Positions 52,101-62,800 of a stretch of 64,000 nucleotides of DNA are shown piece after piece. Positions within the stretch are counted from its first letter, which is position 1; each line of letters starts with the position of its first letter. Both the position numbers and the translations under genes were made by a program. The notes beneath the pieces are model-generated. The model did not search any database. It saw only the letters and a program-made list of their open reading frames with translations, and was not told the origin of the DNA. Origin of the DNA: Auanema rhodensis (Eukaryota; Animalia; Nematoda); assembly GCA_964057225.1 (NCBI GenBank), contig OZ059897.1, positions 10,230,001 through 10,294,000 of the forward strand, given 5' to 3'.

Positions 52101-54396
52101 CCCAATCCGCTTCAGGTGGTATATAGTCTGGATTGTGTTCGGTCGTAAAGATCTCGTATTGTGGCAGTACGCCTATTTTTGCTTTGTCAATAATGTTTCC
52201 GGGTGATAGATCTATAGGATGATCAGTGTTGTTTTTGAATGTCATGGTAATTGAATTGACGTCTCGAAATGCTGTTTCGTAGGTGGTAGATATCGTCTTT
52301 TCTTCATCGGGTTGTAGCACGGCGACTTCGTTGTGTGATATGGGTTCAGCTAACCTTACTGGTATTCTACAGGTCTGATGAGGAAAGATACATTGTGGAT
52401 TTAAATTTATCAAATTAATGACAAATGATGTTTTTCTGATATTCCCGTTATTTCCATTGGCTAACGGTACTACGCGGTTTCCGATTTCTAACGTTTGTTT
52501 GAATGGTCGAAGTTTCATACCGATATTTTGACGATCGAGTGTTTTCATAAAATCTAATCCAATTAATGCTGGTGATGGACAGTCTTCATCTCTTGATATG
52601 AAGAACGTATGATCTATTTCATATCCAGCGATTTCTACGGTTAAATCAATTGTTCCAAGAAATCGAAATGCTGATCCGTTTGCTGTCGTTGCAACTGATT
52701 TATCCTTTTTTACAAAATCATTCAAAGTTAAGTAATGTAATGTCGAGAGTCTGATATAACTAATTGATGATCCTGAATCCCAAAGAGTTAGGATTAGTCT
52801 ATCGTTAACAGTCATCAATAGCAGTGGTAGAGATTGGTCTTTGCGATTGGAAACTGAACAAACTATGAGCATAGCTAGTGGAACTAGAGTGAGAAACGAT
52901 GGATAGTACTGTTTCATTATGTTCCTTGGTATTGGCTGATCAGGTTGACTTACTAGCTCTAATGTTTCTTCATATGTGGGAAGATCGTTGGTTTGATCTC
53001 GGAGTTCGATATGCATGACTTGCATGCCTATTGGTTTGAAGAAATATATTTTCGCAACAAAGGCTAGTACGATCAGTATAACTACAATAATTGTAATTGC
53101 TCCGATAGTGATGAGTGTTCGTTCAATCGTTCCTGCTATTGTATCGACAAATGAATTCCATGTACTTTTGGTGAATTCATTGGCTTTGGAGATGTAATCA
53201 CTACTTTTCTTCAATATGCTGAATGCTGATGATATTTTTGGATCATGATGAATTGTGTGAAGCACGTGATTTTGACGAATCGATGCTAAACTAGCACCAT
53301 AAGCAATGGCTGTTGTCATTGAGTACACTCGAGATGATAAGTTGGTGTATAAGTGTGCTCCGGTGAATTTTAATGGCGTGATCTTTTCATGATGAAGTCC
53401 GTCCCACATGGATATAAGACTGACGTCTACAGTACCATTAATTCCTTTCCATTCACCGTCTGTTGACCATACGTCTGTTGGTACGTGATCACAGTTAATT
53501 TCTTTACCATGAGGTAATAGGTCTTTCGATCCTGGTGCGGCAAACAGTAATTGTCCTTCTTGTGTTAATACTGGGGTTTCGAGATAACATGTGCCATTCA
53601 CAGTGTGATTGTGATATATAGTCTTTTGTAATACTACCGGGCAAACATGTATATGTAATATCTCGCTGCCTACAAATCTTGCGGCTATATCTTCTCTTCC
53701 CAGTATTGTACGCATAGCTATTGTTGGTTCAATTTGTAAAATTGATCTCCATAATTCAAGATACCTATTTTGGATCTCACATATTGATTCGTATGACTCT
53801 TTAAAATGTTTCTGCAGTTCTTCTTGAATCATAGTTGTAGCATATTGCAAATGATCTTGTGCAATTCTGCTTGTTATGTTTTGGCGAAACTGTTGTTCAG
53901 AGTCAACTTTTGTGGCAATGTATTGAGCATTAGCCTGTACAGACTCTATATCGGTGGCTGTAGGCGTTGATGATGCTCTATGTTTACGAATCAAAGATAT
54001 TGGTGTATATGTAGTTTCTTCCATTATTGGAATTTGTTGATCTTGATGAACAGCGTAGAGAATAGTAGTTGGCGGCGCGCGGGTCGATATTGTTGCGCGC
54101 GCGGTTGTCGTTGCGGTTGTATGGCGCGCCGTTGTTTCGGGCTGGGCCATCGATGAAGGCGCGCGCGCGGTAGTTGCTGCGGCTGCCCGAGGGCTTGTAG
54201 ATGTTTGCGGCAGTATTGCGGGATCTGTTGTGATCAGCGCCTCACGATCGATTATAGGGAGGGCTGCCATCTCGGCCGCGCCGCCTGCCGCGTTGCTTGG
54301 CGCACGCGTCGTGGTTTGCAACGATTTAAGTTGGATTTTCTCTGTCATTAATCTTTTTAACTGTTCTGATGATATTCTACTAGATGTATTAGGCAA
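49138..54396 (-). CDS. pol: E3 polyprotein C-terminal part: mucin-like region, gB-like glycoprotein, TM, protease, RT, RNase H, integrase
   Basis: LWRSILQIEPT...AARFVG...C...CYLETPV; TM ITIGAITIIVVILIVLAFV; LWDSGS (52771-52779); YLDD (51439-51450); IESDGS...TDHRPL; HHCC/DDE/GPF integrase. PR-RT-RH-IN order is Ty3/Gypsy. Confidence 0.93.
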   Translation of the reverse strand: MPNTSSRISSEQLKRLMTEKIQLKSLQTTTRAPSNAAGGAAEMAALPIIDREALITTDPAILPQTSTSPRAAAATTARAPSSMAQPETTARHTTATTTARATISTRAPPTTILYAVHQDQQIPIMEETTYTPISLIRKHRASSTPTATDIESVQANAQYIATKVDSEQQFRQNITSRIAQDHLQYATTMIQEELQKHFKESYESICEIQNRYLELWRSILQIEPTIAMRTILGREDIAARFVGSEILHIHVCPVVLQKTIYHNHTVNGTCYLETPVLTQEGQLLFAAPGSKDLLPHGKEINCDHVPTDVWSTDGEWKGINGTVDVSLISMWDGLHHEKITPLKFTGAHLYTNLSSRVYSMTTAIAYGASLASIRQNHVLHTIHHDPKISSAFSILKKSSDYISKANEFTKSTWNSFVDTIAGTIERTLITIGAITIIVVILIVLAFVAKIYFFKPIGMQVMHIELRDQTNDLPTYEETLELVSQPDQPIPRNIMKQYYPSFLTLVPLAMLIVCSVSNRKDQSLPLLLMTVNDRLILTLWDSGSSISYIRLSTLHYLTLNDFVKKDKSVATTANGSAFRFLGTIDLTVEIAGYEIDHTFFISRDEDCPSPALIGLDFMKTLDRQNIGMKLRPFKQTLEIGNRVVPLANGNNGNIRKTSFVINLINLNPQCIFPHQTCRIPVRLAEPISHNEVAVLQPDEEKTISTTYETAFRDVNSITMTFKNNTDHPIDLSPGNIIDKAKIGVLPQYEIFTTEHNPDYIPPEADWENKLPHFPQDFMNDLDLKDADLTKEQKDLLQLCILRNRDAFLNEDKQIGLFKGPVEHSIPLRTDMDMPRPRITRIPIGKQEEVERQVQEMLKQNIIEPSTSLFNSPVVLVKKKDETFRFVTDFRALNNVTRKQTYIIPNISDIVDMAAGSQYFSNFDLVSGFFQIALKKSDRPLTAFTTNTGTYQYRRMPMGLCGAPHTFQTAVRYLQSRCKCRLFVYLDDLLVISDTAEQHLDDIAEILREVKKLGMKIKLKKCAFARPEVKFLGLIVGRDGVKPDPQKVSAIQDYPAPKSPTGVRAFLGMVGFFRKFIKDFAHIASPLYDLTKLDVEFQWNDRSQQAVDTLKRKLIQAPVLKPPRSDRMFIIESDGSNIAVGAVLLQPEDPNEPLKNLHPIAFASRKLVKAERNYAPIEIEALGLVYALAQFRTYILGSHTICITDHRPLTSLLTRRDLFGRLAKFQLVIQEYDIEIRYREGRLNKVCDALSRYIGNEANDPKPEKKKKTKEIPKAQINFVNVPDIRAIQEDTPWIKRTIAEIEYRAKKNMLSNDRYCVIDNMLYTKPSRKRPHPALILPRESELINKVIEEFHEDPAIGAHQGINKTKEAILRRFCWTNMQTDIAIFVKQCVKCAQRKKDPHAMTVQPMGQFEIPSKPFERIHMDIMGPFPTSKRNNNYVLTIQDSFSKWATTIAIPTIVTDVIIDRFLRNFVYIFGPPNRLITDRGSNFVSKKFEEMCEKLGIKHEPTLPHQKNSNGQVERLHRTLEEGLTHYLNEDVTDWDMYLPKITFALNTITHATTGISPYIALFGKESRMRLDKELFPETLQPEILEEIENTEYIRGERRTIIQENLAKHQETAKRKHDGRQRIEERDIRKGDQVMLAIKAHKPGQKLRKSYDGPFEVINVQGNMVQLKNPFGKIQDVHKDNLKLFERKMDHTIAQNTRSNTTIYDTDDDSDIEIIKVINGNDNYDSTEETELEDPSDQNWLPPRRRR

Positions 54397-55410
54397 ATAT
54401 TATCGTTTAGTAGTGGTAAAAATATTTCCAATAATAAGTCCTTAGAGATGTTGTTGGGCTCTATGAGCTTGGGATGTGGTCCAATTGGTATTCCAAAATT
54501 ATTCTTGATGTCATAGAACAATTTATCAGTATCAAGTACAAACATTCGTGAAGATGGAAGGTTTATAAATTTTATGTCATCAATATCAGCTGCTGTTTTA
54601 TTTCTTCTAAGCGTAACGAGAGTTTTTAGCTCATGTACAAGGTCAATTGTATCTTTTATAAATTTACTGTTTCTTTCTTCTTGATCAGTTAATAATTGTT
54701 TCCTTATTGGTGGCATTTTTACGAATGCTTTTAATATTTCTTGTCTTGATGGAACTGTTAATTTGTCTTCAATTATAACTGGTGTATTGGCTAAATCAAG
54801 AGCAATAGTTTCAGCACGCTCTCGATAAGTGCCTTCTTTTGTACGAATTAACCGATCAAATTCAATAACGGTCAAACGATCTGATATTTGTTGAAGAAGT
54901 TGCCTGGATGTTAAATAAGATATTCCAGCTTTAGTAGCTAAAGCTAATTCTCTTTGAGCAACGTATTGTAAAATGGCTTCGTCTTTATCACGGAAATCAT
55001 ATTGCTTGAGGAAATGTCTTAAAGATTTCTCATAAATTTGAATTTTAAAGAAAAATTCAAAATTTTCACGATGGGCTATTATCCATTCTTTCAAGGAATA
55101 TGTAGGGTCTACCATACGTCTTCCTTTAATTAGAGGAATAATTTGTGTAATTCCTGGATTACTCATAAGTGGTCTTAAAAATGGATATGGGCAAATTCGA
55201 AGCGTGTACGTTTCAAAATCTTCAACTTCATTTATTCTATCCTGATCGAATGGGAATGAGCATTTTGTAGAAGTTGCGCGTTTAGGTCTTTTGAACGGCA
55301 ATTTCTTAAATTCTCGTTCAATTAGGAGTGTGATATTGTTATCATTAGGATATTTGGGGAATGTTATATAATTTCCTGCTGTTGTGTGGAATGCTGGTTG
55401 TCTAAAGCAG
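54397..55410 (-). pseudogene. env: E3 glycoprotein middle segment, frameshifted relative to the downstream ORF
   Basis: CFRQPAF...KRPKR|A...AILQYVAQRELALATK aligns with E1 and E4. One extra T in ATTTG (~54394-54398) would fuse it to the 1752-aa ORF. Confidence 0.8.
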
Positions 55411-55749
55411 TGTTCCATACGTGTCTTATAAAGAAGGCGGTTGACAACGTCAACCGACTTTTGGTTAATAGAATTCAATAAGAAACTAGACCTGAACTAC
55501 TTTTTGTATAAATTCAATTATATTTGTAATTAATATTTTGCTATATAAACCCCTGAGAAAGCAACTAGGTTGGCTTTCTCATAACATGTAGTTTCATTTA
55601 TTTGATTATTGTATTTTTGCTTTTATAATAGTATTTCCATATTCTGAATAAACTTCTTTTTCTCTACTCTCTGTTATTTTACAATGGCATTCACACTATT
55701 AAAGTCCATATGGTTACCTAGCCGGAACCCTAGGAACCAATATGGAACG
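55411..55749 (+). repeat. E4 5' LTR (339 bp; second LTR outside window)
   Basis: Terminal inverted repeat GTTCCATA/TATGGAAC; length similar to E2/E3 LTRs; TATATAAA ~55542, AATAAA ~55647; the start coincides with loss of E3 env homology. Confidence 0.75.
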
Positions 55750-55770
55750 TGGAGGTTCCACCGAGATTCG
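55750..55770 (+). promoter_or_regulatory. Primer-binding site of E4 (tRNA-Gln)
   Basis: TGGAGGTTCCACCGAGATTCG, complementary to ...CGAATCTCGGTGGAACCTCCA. Confidence 0.92.
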
Positions 55771-56874
55771 TCTATAAGGGACGAATCTCTATGGACCATT
55801 GCCGCTACTTTTCTCACCTTTAAATTACTTTCTCTTTCTTTGAAATCTATTTCTACTCTAAAAATTTATCTTGATTTCATATCCAAAATTCTAATTTAAT
55901 TTTATATTTCAAACTTTCAAGTCAATTTTGTATCTAAACAAAAACTTCAATTTAATCTAGTAATTCGAATTTATCTCTAAATATCATTCTTCTAACATCA
56001 TTTCTGATATATCTATTTGAAAAAAATATCTTATACATATTATCTATTACAATCTATATTCCTACTTTATTCCTCTACTCTCCTGTATGTTAAAAGCATA
56101 TAATGCATAAAAACTCTTTTTGGAACAAGCATATCAAAATATTTAACCACGAATAATATTAAAAACTATCAATTCATGAAATATCTTAAAGACATTTATT
56201 CATATTGCAACACTTACCCATAAGTCATCTTGAAAACTTCTTATCACAAGCTAATTTTGAAAATCTATTCATAAATCATTCTGAAAACATTGATTCATAA
56301 ACAAAACCACTATTCTTGATATCTAACGCATTTTTATGAGAAAGCCCCGTAAGAAACAATACCAGACATTCTCGGGACATCGCGCGGAGGCGTACACTTT
56401 TTGATATAAGACGCGCAATCATTTGAAATTAACCCTTTTTGGTCCCATATGAGAATTAAAGAATATTTTGAAGTTGAGTGGTCCCACCTAGCAAGACCCA
56501 GGGGAACAGAAGTAACGTTAAAAGGGAACGTCTTTTGGGGGTTTGCTTAGGTAAGAGAAATCTGGAAAAGTGAGTATGAGAAGCCTGTGTACCTGATCTT
56601 GTCCATGACTGAAAAGGAGCAATACACAGACCACTGTCTCATATCTCATGCCTCTTCGAGAGATAAGAACTTGGTCCTTTGCTAAAGGTCACACGTAGTT
56701 GCGGACTCGTGTATGAACCTGACCAGGCTATTCTCCGACTAGAGACCCGCTGCAGGCTGGCCCCCTGACAGGAACAGGAGTCGCGCATACCAACCCCATA
56801 TTGTCTCTTACGTTTTGTATAAAATAAGCTCAGTCTTAGTTGGTTAATAATTTCCTTCCAGGAAACCAACAAAG

Positions 56875-59800
56875 ATGGCTGACGCAGCGAATCAAAACCC
56901 TCCGCCGGGAAATATTGCCCAAAATGCTACGAATAGCGCAGAGAAAACTCAGACAGTGGAAGCAGCACTGCATAGAAACCAAAGAAAAAGAGGACCACCG
57001 GATGCATTCCGACCAGATGCGAAATATCCGAAAACGAACGCGAAATCAAAGAAATTACCCCCTATTCCGGGTACACCGCTAACTGCTAAGAAACTTTATA
57101 CTACTGCTATTAAAACTACTAGGCATGCAATTAGCTTGAATAAGAATAAAGCATCATCCAGTAAATCCACGCCCAAACGCTCTTCTCACTCTCCAAAAAC
57201 AGTTGTTAATACCGGCACTAACACTTGTCCTCCAAATCACACTTCTCCTCAACGCCTTGTTCAAACCGCAAATGCGGAAATCCTCACCTCTCCTATTCCT
57301 AGAAACTCTCCCTCTTCCACTGATCAATCTTTGCACGGGCACTCTCTGTCTCCTGTCTCTTCTTCGTCAGACAATAACGTAAATTTGACTTCGAATGTTA
57401 CAGAGCAGAGAAGTCGCCCTCAAATGGCAGAGCAGATGGAGCAAGACAACTCTCCTATTGCAAGAGCCCACAACGTTTCTATTCGCCATCACAAACCTAC
57501 GCTTTATGATGGATCGGTTCCATTCAACCTCTACATGCAAAGACTAGAAGGATATTTCGATGCCCTTCAAGTCCCTATTGCCGAGAGACTTTCCCATCTC
57601 TATCTACTTCTCGGAACGGATAGAGCCGCTGAAGCTCTTCGAACTATACCAGCAGAAGACTTACGCCAGGGATGGAACCACGTCAAACGCATACTATCGG
57701 AGAAATTACAACCTCCAGAAAAGAGAGATGCAGCATTCACAAAACTCACTCATTTGAAACAAGGAGAGCACGAAACGGTACAAAATTTCGCTCAACGCTG
57801 CAGAAACCTTGCCTACGAATCATGCAACATGGACTCGACAGCCGATGAAAGAATACTACGAGTTTCATTCTTAGGAGGACTACGAAAGACTTTAAGAACA
57901 CATGTCAATAACCGCAGCCCTATCACCTTTGATGCAGCCGTGACTATTGCCGAAACTGTGGAAGCTGACGAGGATCCTTCGCTCTTGGTCAACAACTTGA
58001 TTAAAGACGTGGAACAACTAGAGATTAATAATGGTCTCATAAACCACATGAGAGCATCACAACAGGAGAAAATCTATGACGGATCACAAACACACCAATC
58101 AAGAACATTCTATGGAAATCAATCAAGACCACAACACCCACAAGAGCAATGGAATCAAAGAAGAGGAGGATACCGCTCACCAAGATACCAAGAGGATCGA
58201 CAAAATAACCGTCACAACTTCAGACAGGATAACAGAAACAATGGATATCAACGAGGATACAACAATTATCGTAGCCCCCAACGGTACGATAGATACAATG
58301 ATCGATACAACAGCAGAGGAAACGATCGATATGATAGCAGAAGGAATGATCGACAGGAGCACAGAGGAAACGACCGATACAACCGCGGAAACTGTCCTGA
58401 TCGCGGATTTCAACAACGAAATCGCAGCACTTCATATGGACCACATAACAGGCACAGAGATCGCACAAGAAGCCCCAGCGTCCGTTTTCACGTTAACAAA
58501 GTAGAAAAGGAAACAATCAAAACAAAGAAGACACTTCCGTTCATACCGCTATTCTTATCCGTCATCGCCCTATCTATGATACCTTGCCAGGCAGATAATA
58601 CCTATCAACTCTGCATTGGCAAACGAGGAGGCATTTTCCTCGAACCACCTCGCCCAACCACCTGCTCAGACTATGCACACAAGGACGGAGTCGAGATAAT
58701 AACAGTGGAACTATTCGCAGAAAATATGAATTACAAGGAATGGGAAGCATGGAAATGCGCCAAGGAAATCTATAAAACGTGCGCCCACGACTTATTCTTC
58801 GTCAGGGAAAATAACGTTACATTACTCCGAATAGAACCAGCCACTCCACAAGAATGCCAAACAGCCATTCAAGAAAGACGACACATGGATAACGACCTCA
58901 ATCGCGAAGCACCAGGACTATTCAAAGCCCCTATGCCATCTAGTACACAATCAAAATCGTTTTGGGCATCCTCTTGCACAACCAAGTCAAGATTCACCTT
59001 AGAAAGAGGAATGATGACTAGCCTACACGATGACACTATAATCTCCGACTTATTCATCAACACTGAAGGATGCACTAAGCAACAAGGAGTATGCAACACC
59101 ACCAACGCAGTTATCACATGGATCCCACCCAATGATCATCGAAATTGCGACTACACGACATTAGGGAAATTCGAAGCACTAATCAACAATGATACTGTAT
59201 TAATCTCGGAAATACAAGGAGCATTCATTCTCAAAAACAACACGCCAGACCCTATAGCTACAAGATGTATGAATACAAGCATCTACTCAACTGATAGTGG
59301 TACGTACATTTCCATCAAGGACTTAAAAACACACCGACGTCAAAAGAGGATGGCACCCCAAGAATACCCTACGAGATTCTTCAATATCACTATCTACAAA
59401 TCACTTCGCCTCACAGACAGTTCTACAGGTATACTACCTATGTACCAGACATATCGAAATAGGAAAAGACTGGACAACGCTTATAACCTTATGGAATATC
59501 TCAAGACATCTAGCGTACACATAGGTTTCATCAAATTCCTACAACTAGATTCATCAAAACTGAAGAACCGACTCTTATGGCACAACTACACTGACATCAA
59601 CATGGTTATCCTGCACACACTTGCAGAAGCTGAGATTCGACTTTCTACGAAAATTGCCATCGAACACCTACTGCCATCAGAGATCACGGCAAAACTCAGC
59701 AAGCAAATCACTATCAGCGACTTTGCCACACGTCTACTCAACTACGAAGGCGATTATCTCGACCGAGCAAGACAAATAGCAATTGAAATAGCTCACACAC

Positions 59801-62800
59801 CTACCACTCTGGCAACAGGAGAGACTATTCCATCAATGGAGGACTATCTGTACCAACTGTACCCACCCAGGATGACAAAACTGCCTAGATCACGCACTGA
59901 CACACAGTTCTACACCCAGATGGATCAAATACAGGAGTTTCTTGATTATCTAGAGCAAAACAATCGTCTAACTCGGATATCAAAAGAACAAAGAGAGACA
60001 GAAAATAAGAAATGGGCAGATCTCACAAAACAGGCAAATTCGTCAGCAATCGTCTTTCCCAACTATACCCTCATCTTCAACGGACACGCACAAAATTATG
60101 GGTTGCCCAAAAATCAACCTACAATCAGACCTATCACGGATGAAGACAGCAAATTATTTCAACAAGCATATCTTCAGCTCATTGAGTCACCTGGTGCTAG
60201 CCCCACAACCACCACTACTACAACCACCACAACCACTACATCGACTACCACAACAACTGCCCCGACAACTACTACTCATCGGACGTCTCCACCTCAACCT
60301 ACAACTACACCAAGGAGATATTATTATTACCAGAGTACAACAACTCCAGTAACTCCACCACCACGTCCTCTCACCACCACATCCCGCAGGGAATCTACTA
60401 GGACACTTCCAACAACTCGGACTACTACAAAGCGAGCAACAACGACCCAACCGATTGAGGAAATCAAATCTCACACTGGATCACAAGCACACCTCAATTT
60501 CCTACGAACACGAGCAGATATCATTCAAAAATACGACGATCAACTACGCCAACAAGATACAAGGTCCCACCTCCAATACTCTACGTCAAAACTAGAGGAG
60601 GAAATCTTACAATCTTTCCAAATAACAAAGAAAAACGTATGCAGAATGCAAAATAAGCAGCTACTTACCTGGTGGGCAATCCTGCAGATTAATCCGACTA
60701 TAGGAATTCGCACTATGCTTCGTCGACAGGATATTTCAGCAAAGTTTGTTGGAGAACATCTTATTTACGTCATGCCATGCACCCCTGTACAAGTAACACG
60801 TGTATACTCGGATCACAAACGAGACGATAAATGTTACCTGGAGACACCGGTAGACACGGAACATCACGGAAAACTCTTCATCACACCAGGATCAAGAGAT
60901 TTAACACCATATGCCCACATCATAGCATGCGATATGGCTACATCAGATCCCTACAGAGAAAACAATCAATGGATGAAAGATAATTCAACATTGAATGTGA
61001 CTAACTTCTCATTTTCGGATGAACTCACATCTGTAAAAATTGACCACATTAAGTTTAACAATTCCAACATATTTTCAAACCTCACGGAGTCAACATTTCC
61101 AATGGCACTGGCTATTTCCTACGGCTCTAGCCTAGCATCTTTACAAGCAACTATGCCAGGAAAATTGAAACCAGTCTTCAAACATTCTGGACTATCCAAT
61201 CTGAATCCAATAGGAATTATAGGAGGAACAGTTGGAACGACATTAATGATAGCAGATAACATATCAAACAACGCGGAGAAACAAATCACAAATTTCTTTG
61301 GATACATAGGAGAATCAATTACAGCATGGATACTAAGGACACTAGCTATTATTGGAGCAATCATCGTCACAATAGGACTCATAACTGTTACCATTTGGGC
61401 ATTAAAAATATATGCATGTACCACAAGGATACCAATCAATCAAATCACATTCAACGAACAAGACGACGAACGAAGAGGAGAGGACAAACAATTCGAATTA
61501 AAACCACTAATCACTTCTCAGCAAGAGAAATTATATACAAGAACCTCTCGATATGATCCTGACGCCCCACTATCAGATAAGGACTTTTTCGCCTATCTAC
61601 CACGGTACGCTATGAAAGAATCAAGGATTAACTACATCGGAGGATCACGACTACCTTTCGTTCCTCTCTCCATTCACAATCAGATCTTTACTGCTTTATG
61701 GGACACAGGAGCTTCTATATCATACATGAAGGAAAGTACATTTCAACAACTACCGGCAGCAACAATGGTTATGGAAAAGACAACAGCCATTGTAGCAAAC
61801 AAATCACGATTTTCTTTCCTGGGCTACACAAGAATCCCAATTATTATCGGGAAGACAGAAATCGAGCACAAAGTACTGATTTCTGCCAACAACCACTGCC
61901 CAGCACCAATATTATTAGGAATAGACTTCATAGAAGCTCTCAACAAAATAGGAATAAATACATCTTTACGACCACTACAAAATTCACTACTAATTGGAGA
62001 CACAATAGTACCTTTAGCACAAGACTACGCGCCATGGACTGAGAACCACACGATAGCACACGTCGTAAGCCTGGAAACTAAACAGTTCTACCCAGGAGAA
62101 ACCAGATCGCTTACATTGGAAGTAGACGATCCCGCCTCTTACGAACAAGCTTTCATTAGAAGCTCACAGCGGACAGGAAAAATGAGTTTCGCCCCTACTA
62201 CTTTCACCCCAACGGGATATGGAGTTCAGATATTTGCTACAAATATCTCTCCAGACACAATTGTAGTACAGACAAATCAAGGCATTGGAACAGCTTACGC
62301 TATCCCGAAAAACACGGAGGAGCAAAAAGGACAATATGTGCCACCAGAAGCAAGATGGGAAGATCAACTACCATACTTCCCAGAGGACTTTATAAAAGAC
62401 CTCGATGTAACAAACACCATCTTTACTCAGCTAGAGAGACAACAGTTAAAGAAAATAGTGCTCAGAAACAAGGAAGCTTTCTTAAACGAGGATCGCAATA
62501 TTGGACTTTTCAAAGGACCAGTGGAACATAGCATCCCGATCATCGAAGGAAAAGTTCCATCTTTCAAGATCACGTACAGAATACCTCTATCACAACAAGA
62601 AGAAGTAGAAAAACAAGTGGAGGAAATGTTAGAACAAGGAATAATTGAGCCATCTTTTTCTATGACTACCAGTCCCGTAATATTGGTCAAGAAAAAGGAT
62701 AAAACGTACAGATTTGTGACTGATTTTCGAGCACTCAACGCAATAACGCAAAAACAAATCTACGTTATATCTAACATTCAAGACATCTTGGACCTAGCAG

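Larger units (their letters stand above)
48105..55410 (-). mobile_element. E3: 3' part of a Gypsy-type element (3' LTR, pol, most of env), interrupted by E4
   Basis: LTR homologous to the E2 LTR; integrase very similar to that of E2; env homology stops at ~55410. Confidence 0.92.

Noticed and set aside
49138-54396. BEL/Pao classification, as for known nematode env-bearing elements
   Set aside because: RT, RNase H and IN motifs (SPVVLVKKKD, RMPMGL, TDHRPL, GPF) are Ty3/Gypsy-type, and the Pao-type triple Gag zinc fingers are absent.
54357-54420. Programmed frameshift within E3 env
   Set aside because: E1 and E4 are continuous here; a single lost T (mutation or sequencing error) explains it.
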